A stretch of 64,000 nucleotides of DNA. Origin: Bugula neritina (taxonomy: Eukaryota; Animalia; Bryozoa). The notes beneath the pieces were generated by a model. That model had not been told where the DNA came from. It was given only the letters and a program-made list of their open reading frames with translations, and made no database searches. Made by a program: the position numbers and the translations under genes. The stretch is taken from positions 17,419,781-17,483,780 of the forward strand of contig OZ037767.1 of NCBI GenBank assembly GCA_964035545.1, read 5' to 3'. Within the stretch, counting starts at the first letter, position 1. Every line of letters starts with the position of its first letter. This document shows, piece by piece, positions 25,813 to 39,816 of the stretch.

Positions 25813-27415
25813 GCTCGTAAAACTAGTGTGAGTTCTGAAGTTTTCCTCTCTTGTTATCCAAAGCCTTGCATTTGATAGAAAGAAGTGAGTGGTTAACGCT
25901 ACCAAAATCACACAACTCTAGCCATATTGCTTCATCTCAGTGGGAAAACTATGCGTTATGAGGGAAGATAACTCTTGAATATGAACTTTAGCCCAGGATC
26001 TTAATAAGCCGTATTGATGGGTTACTTCCAACAGCTGCTAATAAACACCTCATTCATGATTTGACTTATTGCCAAGTTAAGTTGCTAATAATGATCACTT
26101 TGAGAAAGTATAATATTATTAAAATAAGTCATCGCTCTGGACGCTGACCTACACATCAATATTTCTGCATCGGCTCGCTGCCAGCTACAAGTGTTTGAAT
26201 ATATAATATATCGGCAGCACTCAGTTGCAGTCTACAGCAGCAGCAGGTGAGGAAATATCAGCCTGTTTATTGTATGGGTAATTATGATAGTGTAATGTTA
26301 GTGTTACTTACTTTATAGAGTAGTAGCTGTTTATAGTTATGTAATGTTTATAGCTGATACAATATATTTATCTATTACTGTATACTCAGCTGTGAAATCA
26401 TGCTGGACAAAAGGTATTTGTTCTCAGTCTATACATTATTTTATCTATCGCTAAACTGCTGTGTGTATAATAACTATTGAACACTGAGTCTATAGAGCAA
26501 CTGCTTACGTCTAGAAATGGCTTATAAAATCAGCTCATGTATTGCTGATTGTTGATTGGTTGCTTTCTGATTTTTAGTTACAGATTCTTAGAGACATTAG
26601 AGAGTTAAATTCATCACCTGAAGAGTTAGAAGTTACTAACGAGTTGGTAGGTGAGACTGTAGTTGTGTTGGGGTCAACCAGTACGTTGTCGACTCTGTGT
26701 CCTGGCAAAACATGTTTAGTTAGTTTTTTGGTCATAGGGAACTGCTTCTGTAAACTAATGTGTTACTAACACATTAAGTTTGATTTATTTATACTAATAA
26801 TTTAGTCTAAAGTTTCAAATTAGGACACCGAAAGAGGGGCTATATTGGAGTTCAGTCTGTTAGTGAGCAACTGTTTTAACTACAGATAATATTTGTGCAG
26901 CTGCAATACCGTTGCTATCACCAACTGTGATATAAATAGATGGAACCTGCATTAATTGGTGATTTTTAATAAAACTGGAATATCAAAGCACATGTTAAAG
27001 TGTGGAAAGCGTTTGCTCTTTTCAAAAATTTTCTTTAAAATTGAAAAATGCAAACTTTAAGATAAAATAAAACATTTAACAAAAGAAAATGCTTTGTATG
27101 TTTACATTATTTTCTATTTAAAAGATTTTGGTTGCAACATATAGAGAGGGTGTTGAATAAACAACAGAAGGCTTCCAACAGAGTCCTGGATCTGTTTCCC
27201 AGTGCCATATGGTGCTATGGTGTATCTAATCATGTGCTAAATGCTTTATTATATAATAAACTGCATTTTCTAATTACTTTGGGGTGCAATGAACTGCAAT
27301 CAATATAAGTGTATTACTGCTAAGAGGTGATGATTGCTTTATGAAATTGCATCACCTAGTGTTATGTAATAATGACATATTGTTTCACCTTTTAACGGAG
27401 TTGATTCACACCAGA

Positions 27416-29716
27416 ATGGATGGGACAGGACATTTGGACCACCAGGAATCCTCCTTTCTATTGGAGATGAGAGACAGGTACTTACCTGTGCACGGCTACC
27501 TTTCCCTTGTCGTCTGCATCGTGGGAATTCTCCTCAACATCATTATTATTGACATTCTGTCTCAGAAGGAGATGCTATCTGCAGTCAACAGACTTCTGCA
27601 AGCTATTGGTAATTATCTTCTCTCTGTAACTCTATGCTCTGGGGAAGACAACTTTTCTTTTATACAATATTGTGATGGTTTCCCAGAGAGGAAGCAACTC
27701 CTAGTCATAGTCAGGAGTGTTTAGTATACTCACATGTCATACGATCTCGAACATACCACACACTATTTCTTTTCGTTATTCTTTTTTTTATATGTAAAAA
27801 TTCCAAATCCTACAATATTTATTCATGAAACTATTACTGATAGCAGCAACTTCTATGTCAGGTATCAGTTATACAGCATAAGGCACAGATAGTCTGACTG
27901 TATGATACTGCAGGTTGTGTTATTCTACAGAATACACTTAGTAAAGTGTTGTCACATGACCACAATATGGCTCTTATTAACGCAACGTATAGTTTATAGA
28001 ATACCTGAAAAACATTGTCAACCAGGATGCTGTTATAATGTGTTTTCTAGTCGGTAAATGGAGTGTGCAGTTTTATGTAGGTGTCTTGACTTTTAAATTA
28101 CCACAAAATAGACTAGTGTGAAAACATCATGAAATATTTTTATAATGCCTGGATGTAAACCAAGTTGGTGTAAAACTGAAGTGTTTCACATGTTCATATA
28201 CACAGCTACTTCTATGAAGACTAAAATAATGGAAGCATTTGAGTTTTGTTAAAGTATATAAATATAGTCAGCATATGTGCTGTTAGCAACCTGTGCACGG
28301 TTAATTTGTATACAATGTGTATAGAGTGTGTAAAGTAGTTGCATTTTTTATATAATGCATTTCTAAGGATTCAGATTTGCTCATAAGGATTTTATTTCAT
28401 ACTTCCCAACTTTTTACTGGATATCGCTGAAGTTAGCAACCAACCATGCCCCACATTGTTTCGAAATTCTTTGCTTTATTCTCATGCACTTCAAATTATG
28501 AAAATGTAAAGAAATGAAACAAACTTCTTTTTTAAATAAATCAAATCAAAATAATATATGTTTCTGTAAACTCAAAAACTCACAACTCATGCAAAAGTTG
28601 AACAGGAACTAAGGCTATTGGGTTTATCATCTATAAATTAGATGATAGCCTTAGTGTCGTTATAAGAGCAAGTCGGGTGGTTAGTGAGGAATCCTTACAT
28701 GCATTGTGTTTCTAACATAAATCTATGACCACATTGTGAGAAGTGTGTTTGTCTTTACTGTTACAGCTGTGGCAGACATATCAACTATGATGACCTATAT
28801 CCCATATTCCTTCTTCTACTACATCATGCACGGCACGGAGGAGAGTGAGAAGAGGAACACACGCAGCGCCACCTGTTATCTCGTCTTCCACGTCATTTTC
28901 AGTCTGATGAGTCATACCATCAGTATCTGGCTAACTGTCACCGTAACTCTGTTTCGGTACCTACACATCGGTACGCTGAGAGGCAAGAAGTGGTGTACCG
29001 TACAAGCTGCAAACCTATGTATAGGCATCATTTGTATACTCAGTCTAGTTTTATATGTGCCGCACATGTTGGTTATAAATATCAAGCAACACACGGATAA
29101 CTCTACTAATCTCACCTGGTATCACATCGATAACGATGGCAGTCATTATGGAAACTATAAGCACCTCAATATGACTCAGTATGTTCTATTAGCCATATTT
29201 GTGAAGATAACTCCTTCCTTGCTGCTGATTGGTCTGTCAGGGTTGATCATAAATTTTATAGTCGCTGCTCATAAAAAGTACAAAGCCATGCACAGGAACT
29301 CTGCTGCAGGGAGTGAGTTACTGAGTCTTTCGAAGAATTCTACTTTCTCAACTTGTAGCCACCAACTCTCATTACAATCGGTCAAGACAAGAAAGAAAAG
29401 AAAGTTAATGAAGTCTTTGAACCAAAGGCATAGAGATAAGAGAGCGCATCAAATCACCAAAATGATTCTGGCGGTGGCCATAATTTTCACAGCTGTGGAG
29501 TTACCGCAGGGCTTGATCTCCGTGCTCTGCTTGTTGGTGAGACAGTTTTTTGAGAAAGTGTACTGGCCACTGGGCAACTTCCTCGATTTAATTACCATCT
29601 TAAGTTGTTGGGTGAACTTTATAATTTTATGTGGAATGAGTTCACAGTTCTGGCAACTGCTAGCTGCCAGGTTTAAATGTCTAAGTTGCAGCAAACGAAG
29701 TTCCAGTGAAAAGTAA
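27416..29716 (+). CDS. Class A peptide GPCR, myosuppressin receptor / dmsr-1-like; exons 27416-27608 and 28767-29716
   Basis: VHGYLSLVVCIVGILLN, AIAVADISTMMTYIP, HTISIWLTVTVTLFRY, ELPQG and VNFIILCGMSSQF are typical of the DmsR/dmsr-1 clade. It has seven hydrophobic segments and a phase-1 join G|CT. Confidence 0.85.
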
Positions 29717-30231
29717 ATAGTTTCAATAGTTCAAAGATATCATGTTAGTCCATCATTGACTATAATCTTAGGTCATGTGAAAAAATATTATTAGTCAATA
29801 GGTTTATGATATTATAATTTGTGATTTATTGAATCTCAAAACCATTTTTATTAATTGTTGAATTGCTTCGAGAATCTAATGTAGAGAATTTGGTGAATGT
29901 TGGAGGTAGCAGTTGATGACTGTGAATCGCATTATTTCTAGTAAAAAATATTTTTCAGGCCTTATTTGTTGTTTTATAGTAATTATATTATGACCTTTGC
30001 TTATACGCATAGAAATATAAAAATATAGAAATATAGAAATTATATTTAGAAATAAGAACCTTTGAGAATTTTATTGAGCATCATTTGAATTTTATTGAAA
30101 AACTTTGAGTTCACCATAAAATTTAGTAAAAATATGTTTTACATCCTCAGTTTTTAGTCATCCGTTATAACAATGATAAAAGATTTGCTAACATAAAAGT
30201 GTAATAAAAATAAGTACAATAAATAAGTTTG

Positions 30232-32364
30232 TTAAACTGGACAGTATAAGGTGAATGCACAGGCACAAACTCTAGGGTCAAACCTGGTACCATCAGCACA
30301 CTTTCTATCGTATCTTCTATGACTACCCACAATCCCTTGAGTGAACTTTTTACAGTTCGTGTCTGGTACGATGGAGTATACATTGCCATGCTCTACACAT
30401 TCTGTATCAGAGGTTGTTTCGTGCTTTAAATCAGCTTTTCCTACATAATCGACGTATCCATCAAACTGGCCATGGCTTTTTCCTGTATTCATATGAGGAG
30501 CTGACTTAGTTGGTGGATATTTAATTTGCTTTGGTGTCGTTGTTGGGCGATAGGTGTTGGGGTACCTTGTAGTTGGTGGGTAGGTGGTTGGTGGGTATCT
30601 TGTAGTTGGTGCATACCTTGTGGTTGGTGCATACCTTGTAGTTGGTGCATACCTTGTAGTTGGTGGGTAGGTGGTTGGTGGGTATCTTGTAGTTGGTGCG
30701 TACCTTGTAGTTGGTGCATACCTTGTAGTTGGTGCATACCTTGTAGTTGGTGGGTATCTTGTAGTTGGTGGGTATCTTGTAGTTGGTGCGTACCTTGTGG
30801 TTGGTGCGTACCTTGTAGTTGGTGCGTACCTTGTAGTTGGTGGGTATCTTGTAGTTGGTGCATACCTTGTAGTTGGTGCATACCTTGTAGTTGGTGGGTA
30901 GGTAGTTGGTGCATACTTTGTAGTTGGTGGGTAGGTAGTTGGTGGACGTCTTGTAGTTGGTGGGTAAGTAGTTGGTGGGTAGGTAGTTGGTGGACGTCTT
31001 GTAGTTGGCGGGTAGGTAGTTCCTCTAGCTGTTGTGGTTGGGTAGGTAGTAGGAGTGGTGCTGACTCCACTCAGAGTTGAGGAGAAAGTTGAAGAAGATG
31101 AAGTTGTGGAAGATGCTTGTCCATCACCCGTCCTCCGTGAACGTGTCCCCTCAGTCGTAGAAGTTGAAGATGACGATGTTGAGGTTGATTCTGTTGGAGA
31201 ATCTGGATTGACTTCCAGACTCTTCAAATTGGCAACGTTGCAGTCAACCCAAAATGTTGTCTGATTCACCACAATTGTCAGTCTACAACAAAAGTGTTAC
31301 ACATGACAAATTGTTGTCTGACTATAAGATAAAAGAACCCGCAGCTCAGGATCATATAAATAGTGTATTCTGCAGGCTTGCAAAATTTTAGCATAAGTTT
31401 GATCTATACAAAATAATGGAGAAAAATTAGAAATAAAGTATTCAAAAATTTATGCTAGCTTGTTTGATTGAAAAAAGCTTTTTCCATTTATTTTATGTTG
31501 CAGTAATATGTCTTGGCAATTCTGTTCCATGCTCTACCATCTTCGAGGTTTCTAATGTTATGGTAAATTGCTAAACTTACTTCAACTCCACCTCATCGGT
31601 TGGTTGTAGCGTAGCTGGGGCTTTCCATTCAAAGAAGATCTCATCCTTATCCTGGTTGCTGCTATGAGTAATAGAAGATTTGCCGTTGCAAGCCGTTTTA
31701 ACTAGATTTTGGTTAGAAGTTCCGGGTCTCATTTCTCCAATCGGTTCGCCATCTTTGTACACACTAGCAAGAAACCCTCTGAACTTGAGAGAAGATCCAA
31801 CCGCCGTAGGAAATATTCCCACTGCAATCACAAATTATCACATTAGTGCAGAACAAGTATACAGAAAATAGTGGCTAGCAGTGCCCAAGCTTTTCCTTGG
31901 TACTGGAATATTTTAAAAAGCCATTCTTTTTTATAGCTTCATTTAAAAATTTTTGAAGTCTTTGGAAGATTTGATGACTAACGATTTCATTTACTATGCT
32001 ATCTAGGTTAAAAGCTTTCTTTTTGCGAGAGCATATACAAAACAGAATTAGTATTTATATTTGCCTGAATACATCACTATGATTAAAATAGGTTATTTTG
32101 ATGACTCTGAATTGAGAAAATACTTTCACATGCTTACAAATTATACTAATTTTTGACTTTTAAGAAATTGCAGATCAACTTACTGCTAGTAAACTGTCCA
32201 GGAATCCATCCCAGACCTACAAAATCAAATGGGCAAGTGGAGGTTTGGGCAGGTACTCCATGGGAAGGAGTCCTCGTTCTACAAGCCTCAGCAGGTGCTC
32301 CACTTGGCCAAGCTGATGCTGTTGATATCAAAACACTAAGAGCTAGTATACTCCTTAAGTCCAT
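30232..32364 (-). CDS. Secreted protein (490 aa): signal peptide, Reeler domain, Ser/Thr linker, Y[AP]PTT(R) repeats, chitin-binding type-2 (CBM14-like) domain; exons 32364-32184, 31821-31581, 31282-30232
   Basis: Reeler motifs WPSGAPAEAC..TPSH, FRGFL, SITHSS..DK..I.FEWKAP and TIVVNQTTFW. C-terminal C..NCKKF..CADGTRFD..CAC..C. Joins are in frame, phases 1 and 2. Confidence 0.85.
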
Positions 32365-32577
32365 GGTTCTTTTCCTCTCCAGCTCAAAAATTCCAGTCCT
32401 ACCACTTCTGTTCTCTAACCAACTATGACCTTCTCACCCAGCACAACATCCAATATATTATATAGTTGAGCTGTAATATCTCATGTCATCATTTCAGTTA
32501 AATTAGGCTTCTAACAGAGCATAGAAGTGACGCCCACTTTAAGATTAGTTAAGAAAGTTTCAAGCACATCTCTATGT

Positions 32578-32605
32578 GTCGCCATGGCAACTAGTGCCTA
32601 GCAAC
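32578..32605. promoter_or_regulatory. Consensus RFX X-box upstream of the Reeler/CBM14 repeat gene
   Basis: GTCGCCATGGCAAC (32578-32591) plus the half-site CCTAGCAAC, about 215 bp upstream of the ATG. A TATA-like tract lies at about 32452-32464. Confidence 0.65.
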
Positions 32606-34583
32606 AAGATAACGCCTGCAACATTAACTAGATTAGGTTTACAGTTAATCTGCTGAGTACTGTGAAGGTTAGTTAAGTTGATTATGCAGAGATTATGATA
32701 ATAAGAAGGGGTTTGCCTTCAACTCAGTGGTCATTGTCATCGAGAGACAACTTTGCCAGAGTTTCTCTCTCTATATTTCCCGTCATGTGAATAATCAAAC
32801 TCCTATCAACTTCTTTGGCTAAGGAAAATTGAACTTAATTCATAGGTTTTGATAGTTATTAAACGTTGGGGTGACACAGGTTTAGTCCACTTTGAGCAAG
32901 TTTGGCTGGTAAATTCTGATGACTAAATAAGACTGGATTGAGATCTTGATAGCACATCTGGTAATAACAGAGTTATTGAAGCCAAATTCTCAAGTAGCAT
33001 TATTCAAGATTATTATTTTAACTAAAATGTATAGAAATGTCCTTTTTTGTAAATTAAGCAAGTTAGTGATTGCAACATAAAGACTTTACAATACTGTGAG
33101 AAGTTTTAAATGTCACAGGCTTCACCTCGCCTTGACATGAACAAAAAAATTGTCTAGCTGTGAAGTTTAAACAACCACTAACAGTCCATCTCACCTGCTA
33201 TAATCTGATTGGTTTATCAGATTATGATGTCACAAAGTGGTTTATTTGTTTGGTAACTTATTAAATATTGTGTTTTGAACAAAGATTTAAGGTTTTCAGC
33301 CAAATGTATGTCACGTATCAGCTATAAAGTGTGGCTGAGACTTCTAGAAGATATAATACCCTATTTAAGGGATGCTGAAATTACTCCCTCTTTGAACAAA
33401 GTATTTTGAGGCTATATGATTTACTACTAATACATGTGGCTGTATTAAGACGATTAAATACTAAAATACTAAAAATGGGGCTTTATCAGGCAGCTGTCAT
33501 CATTTCACCTGATAATTATGTTTAATATATTTATTAAAAAACAATTTTTGCCGATGCAAAGGTTGTTCACTGCGGCTGTTGACAGTGAAAAACACCTTGT
33601 CATGTTTTAAACTTAAAGTCTGACCTCAATTGCCAGCTGGTCCCTTTAACACACCTTGGTGACATGACACAGCTTCAAAACATCCAATCTATTTTATTTA
33701 TAAATTTATTATTAATTATAAGTTCATGAGCCGTACCACGTTAATGTCCGACACATTAGGTGGGCTCCAAGTTAAATTTAGATCCAAAGTGAATCAGGCC
33801 TCACATTCCAAAATGTTTTCAGTTAATCATAATAGCAATTCATAGAGGAAAAGTTGAGATAGTCTCAGCTCTTTAAATTTATTTATAATTCTTGCTAGAA
33901 CATATCTTGTTATGCTACATTTCTAATCTAGAACACAAAATTTTCTCAATTTCTTCATTACTGTATACATACCTCATCCATAGATGCTAGCAGTTTTCCT
34001 GGATATACAATGCATGTAAACATATTATATGCAGGTAAAGTCATGGACATGCACAGTGTGGCATCCACAAATAATCATAACTATGTTATCCTATATCATC
34101 ATATTATACTATTGTCATCTGCTACCACACATTGCCAGATAGAAGCAATATATTATAACATATAATATATGATCATATATACTTATATATGGTAATAATA
34201 TATACGTACTTATATATATATCAGACACCATCAGATATTATCTTATATTATCCTGTAACATATCATATTATGGTATAAATCAGGTTAAGATGATGAGATT
34301 GTAAGGTTAACATGGCACTAAATCTAAAGTTGAAATAAGCAATTGATATATCAGGGTTTGGTAGTTTGAAGGGTATACGTACTTTATTTCATAAAATAAT
34401 ATTGACAATAATAAATATATTATAAGCATGCAGTTATAAAACATCACTATAAAGCACAGTAAAGAACAATAACATGATTAAATCACAGATCACCCAGAAT
34501 ATTGTTGAAAAGTTGCTTCTTTCTTTTCAGCACCCATTAGGTTTCGATGAATATTATATCGTCACTTCGATGGTGTGATCGAT

Positions 34584-36477
34584 TCAGAGGTCACACTCCT
34601 GAGTAAAGGAGCAGACGCAGTGCCGGGTGTCAAACCTCAGACCAGCTGGACACTTGAAGATGAACTCCTGAGAGCCGGCCGTCTGCTTGAACTCCTTACA
34701 GTCTGTGTTGGGGATCACAGAGTATGTGTTCCCGTATTGCTGACAAGACAACGGTCTGCTGCTAGTTGTAGTCTCAGCGCTAGAGATGGAAGGGCTACTT
34801 GTGGAAGTGTTTCCAGAGCTGCTGGAATTCATTGTCGTGGAAATGCCATTAGAGTCAACGCTATCCGGTGGAGCGATACGGGGGTTGGTGGTAGTCTCTT
34901 CGTCCACCTTTTTGTCTAGATAAAAGACTTCACAGCCTTTCCAGTAGGTATCTTCAGTACCAATTGACAACCTACGTATACAAGGTCATAAATGTAAAAA
35001 ATTGTGATGCAATGAGTTATTAATTTCCTTATCAACAAAAAACGACATTGTATTAGGTACTTTATTCCAAGTAAAAAAGCTTATCTGGGATTAATGTTGG
35101 TCTAGCTTTAGCTGACGTACTCTTTGTAACTAATGCGAACCTAGATGGAATTGCAAAACAATTTATATTTTTGTCAACACTGCAGTTATTCAAAAATGAG
35201 AAATAGTTCTATTTTAGATTTCAACTATAAATAGCTATTTTTGTCAAGTTTAAAAACCAATATTGGTCAAGCAGCTAGTAACTGCTCAAAGATTTGATTT
35301 AAAAAACTGCGCATGATGAGAAGTAAAATCAAGAAATTAGAAACCAACACTTCAAGAAAACACTAATAGGCATGTGACTAAGTTTTGAATGAATAAACAT
35401 TTCTTGCCCAATGCTGTTGTGGAAGGATTCCATTTACTTCACAACTACAGTTATACCGGAGACAATTGGATAATTTGCATACAATACAGTTAAGTAGTCC
35501 ATGAACTGGCCATTTTATAATATTTAACATTTATTAGAGATTACACTTTGAATGTGGGCGACTAATGATCAGGATTACCAATAAGCCATACACTCTTGAA
35601 CTAATGACCCTCGACATAGAATTATAGCAGACGCCCACCTGACGAAAGGTAAATCATCTGCAGCCAGATTGAGAGGTGCTGTCCAAGTTAGGGTCACCGC
35701 TGTCTTGTTAACTAGGTCAATATGCTTCAGACTGCTATTTGCACACGTTGGTTCGGCTGTCATGTCATTGGACGACATCTCACCAATCAGAGAGTTGCCT
35801 AACTGAACGGAGACTATGAACAGCTGGAAGGGTTTGCCTTCCTCCTGGCTTATAGTCACTGGAAAAGCAAACACACAGTAACATGTAACTGACACGTATC
35901 AAAGTGGTTAGCATATACAAGGATGAAGCCCAGGAAGTCATGTTTCAGCTGATCTAAATCAAGTGAACTTTTTGCATGTGGGGAAATTTTAGACTGAACA
36001 CAAATTTAAAATTGATTATATATGAATCATTTTGATATAAAAATCAAAGAAAGCACCTCTTTCAGCTGATAACTTTTTAATGCTTCTCTAAATTATTAGT
36101 CGGGCTCTATCTAAATTTCTAGATTATAATATGTGGGTTTTCTAGCAGCGTAGACTTATTATAGCATTCTAATATAGCCAATTCTACAGTAGACATACCA
36201 AAAGATAAACTCTAAAGTAACGGACACTATCAAACTCTCTCAAGGTGACTTAGTAAACTCTCTCAAGGTGACTTAGTAAACTCTTACTTTTTGTAGGCAT
36301 ACCAGGAGCCCACTCCTGTGACTCTAGAAAGTACGGGCAGCCAGTCTCCTCATTCAGTACTGTCCCATTGTATCCGGCAAAGACTCGAGATGAGCAGAAC
36401 TGGACATTTCCAGAAACTTCTGCCGTAGAGAAAGCAGCTACAAACAGTACCACAGCACAAGTCACTCTCTCCAGCAT
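34584..36477 (-). CDS. Tandem paralogue (265 aa): signal peptide, divergent Reeler-like domain, S/T linker, CBM14-like domain; exons 36477-36288, 35858-35639, 34971-34584
   Basis: Same exon number and phases as the 30232-32364 gene. Shared motifs CP(F/Y)...W.PG, IGEM, W.AP and C..GN.YS..P.T.CK.F.Q...C..G.RFD.R.C.C.FT..C. Confidence 0.82.
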
Positions 36478-39400
36478 GTTGAGGTTAGTTGAGTTGTGAG
36501 ATTAGAGTTGTGACTGAACAAACAAGGAGCTGCATCTACCACAAAGACATGAATGAGTGAAACCTTTTCACTGCTAAACTTATACTTCATGGACCATTTA
36601 CTAGAGTTGAATCAGCAGGAAATACTAATCATTGTTTCCCTGCAGAAGAATGTGAGTTTGACATCAACTGTGGTCATGTATTGATATTTTGAATCTCACT
36701 TGACATATCTTTGATAGATTTACCAAAATATACAGTCACTAGACAAACAAGTTAGGAAGATATTTGAAACAAACAATGTAAATAACATCTGGTGCCAAGA
36801 GCAAACAAAAGCAAGTAATGATAGCTATGAAAACAATTTTTTAGAAATGTATTGAGAAAAGACAGTGGCATAAACTACTCTACTAATCTCTGTTGGTAAA
36901 ACAATGTATCTCTTTTGTCTTTTGCCTGCCCATTAAGTGGACTGTAGCATTTGCATGTTTATGCTCATCATAATATATTGTGATTGTTTACCCTCCACTG
37001 AATCAGTTCCAGCTACTTTACCAGCGGAACTGGTTCCAGGTCTCCCTCAATGCTTCTACTTATACAGGCGGATACTAACAGCTGATGGCCTGCTGCCTCC
37101 GTGCTACTATTACAGCATTTTCTAATAGGTTCAATCTTCCTTAACAAAGAGTATACAGAAAGCAGCTCAGAAGGTGAAGATTAAAAGCTTAAAAACAGGA
37201 TCTGTATTGTGGTGCAATAGTGCCATTATAATAATCATAATAGTAATAATAATTATGCTAATGGTAAGACTGATGAGAAAACATTAGGTAATAAGTTAAC
37301 AGCATATAGCTAAAGCATATAGCATAATATATTGTTAGCAAGCTATGTGTGACATGTGTATATGTATCAGCTATAATGTGAGCTAGCAAAGTATACGTGG
37401 AAGCTAGTATTATTTGTATATATCTACAAACAAACAATTAGTAGCTATTTTGGATTTTAATTCACAAAATTATAAATGCAATGCACTTAATGTACAATTT
37501 AGTTGAACATAGATTTTTCCCCATCATTATATTGAAATGGCAGTATAACAAGTTAAAATTATTACTGTATAATATAAATGTCTTTATTCTGCTGCATTAT
37601 ATTGCAATTAAATTACGTACTCTGTGATCACTGGGTATTCCAGCCATTGCCATATTAATGGCTAATGTTGATATTCCACTTCATGTTATTGCAATAAGTG
37701 TTTTTATTATTCAATATTATTCCACAAACTCAAAACTCTGTTGATTTGATTGACACCAGTGACTCTTATGCTATACAGTGACACAAGAGGTGTCGAAGGT
37801 AACCCCCTCCACATATCTCTATGTTGGGTAAATTTAGTCGATATTATAACAGGTGTGAAATGTAAAAGTTTAATCTAGCATAGCGAGTAAGTAGATTTCC
37901 CCTACTTTTGAGAGTAATTGCTACCAACAAGGACTCATGAACATCTGTAAGAAAGCCAACTCGTGTCAGTAAGATGCAAGAACTTGGGAGACCTGCCAAG
38001 GTGACTCATGCCAACTAGTGCAGTGGTTGAGTGCACGTGTAGCTAGTGTCAATGTGTCACAGCTTGACGTCATTAGTCGTGATAACATGCGTTGAGAAAG
38101 AGAATGATTGCCCCGAAGAGGCTGTGGCAATAAGATGATTCTACTGTATTGTGGTTACTTGAAAATATATTGGTGGGTGATTTGGTGATGACTGACTAAC
38201 TATTTGAATCTGACAAAGAAACTGGCTTGTATCAAATTAATCTTACTTCTTTGACAGCTTTACAAGGTTGTTGGCAAAATGGTGGCAAGAGGTTTTTGAA
38301 GATAACCTGCAGTAATGTAATAGTTATCACCAGTGTCCAGAGATAAGCTGTCATCTGTAGATACTTCTAGAAATCAATTAGTTTAGGCCATAAAGCAAAA
38401 TTACTTTTGAAGAAAGTTAATGTTTATTAATTATTGCCCTAACTTTAAACAATAAATTATCTGATTTGCAAGCTACAAATACATTATGCTCAGTCATTGA
38501 ATTGTGAATCACTTATAGCATTGGCAACATACCACTTGCGAGAAACTTATAGAAAATATTCAACATAAACATAATAATTACATGTGGACAGTAAACTATC
38601 ATATATTATAGACTATTTATAACATAATACTATTTATAGTGCATAGCATTTCATGTATCACAGGGGAGACAGCTTGATATATTTATATTTCCTAGAATAT
38701 CAACACATGAAGCAGCTAAGAGTTCACATAAGATAGCTTTGTGCAGCAGTAGCCTTGGTTACATGTGGCCACAGATTCATGGGTATGATAAGTTTGTAGT
38801 TTTAGAACCTAAGCTAACCATGTTCTCATCTGTTCTGCCAAAACATCAATAGATGTACCGACAGGCAGATACCGAGTCTCCAAGATCTCATTTTATATAA
38901 ATTCAACTTCCCAGTTTACTCTCTGAAGTTTCTTAAAATTTAAATGCATTTTTTGAGTTAGTTGATTGCCGGTTTGATGTAACACCTACAGTGATCAGCA
39001 CCATGTCTAGATGCATTTATCTGCTCCAAGACATGTATGATTGTTACCCCAACCTCTTAGCTATAAGACCATGTTACTAGGAATTTAAGATGGCTATATA
39101 TCAAATGTTTAAAAGTTGGATGAGAAAATGTTGACAGGAAGTGGGCAGAGTGTCAACCTCATACGTCTGTGTAAAAAGTGTTATGTTAGACACGAAGAGA
39201 CGGTTTCAGTTTGACAAGCTCTATTTACAATAAACAGAAACATCAACAATTATACATACACTTCTACAGACAGGATTGTATTTCAGACTATCTTTATGGA
39301 TGAGAACCCTCTACTAGAGAGCAGACGATTCCAGCTAGTTAGCAGCAGTGGGAAGATTTCAACAGTATGTACACAGTGGTAAGACCGGCATTGCCTGGTC

Positions 39401-39816
39401 ACACAGTAAGTAGAGTAAATATTGCACCGCCACACGGTGTGAAAAAACTAATGCTAGATAACATCGATAAAACAAAGTGACAATTGTAAATGACAATAAC
39501 GTAGTGTTACAGTTGCTAAGCAACATGGTAATAGACTTGGTGCTACTTGGTTACACCTACTTAGTGGATGTATAATGGTTCAGATTAAGTAATTTAAAGA
39601 GTTACAAAAATATTGAATCAAGTAATTTGAGCAACATTATCACAAACTATCATCCTACTGAGTCTAGAAAATTCCATCAGACCAAAACTAAAAACTGGAA
39701 GAAACAATGAATAGAAAAATATGGCCAACAGCAGAAATTTAAATAAATAGGTTTTGGATAAAAGAGACCAGAAAAGCATGTGATCTAAAAATGGAAGATT
39801 TAAAGGAGGAGGGGTG

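Noticed and set aside
30489-31080. Alternative-frame ORFs (HQLQG, CSWW, GAYLVV repeats)
   Set aside because: They are shadows of the YAPTTR coding repeat. Only the 30232 frame joins the Reeler and chitin-binding domains.
36500-39800. Possible gene or transposon in the intergenic stretch
   Set aside because: I found no convincing ORF, terminal repeats or transposase motifs. Part of it is probably the PPP4R4 3'UTR.
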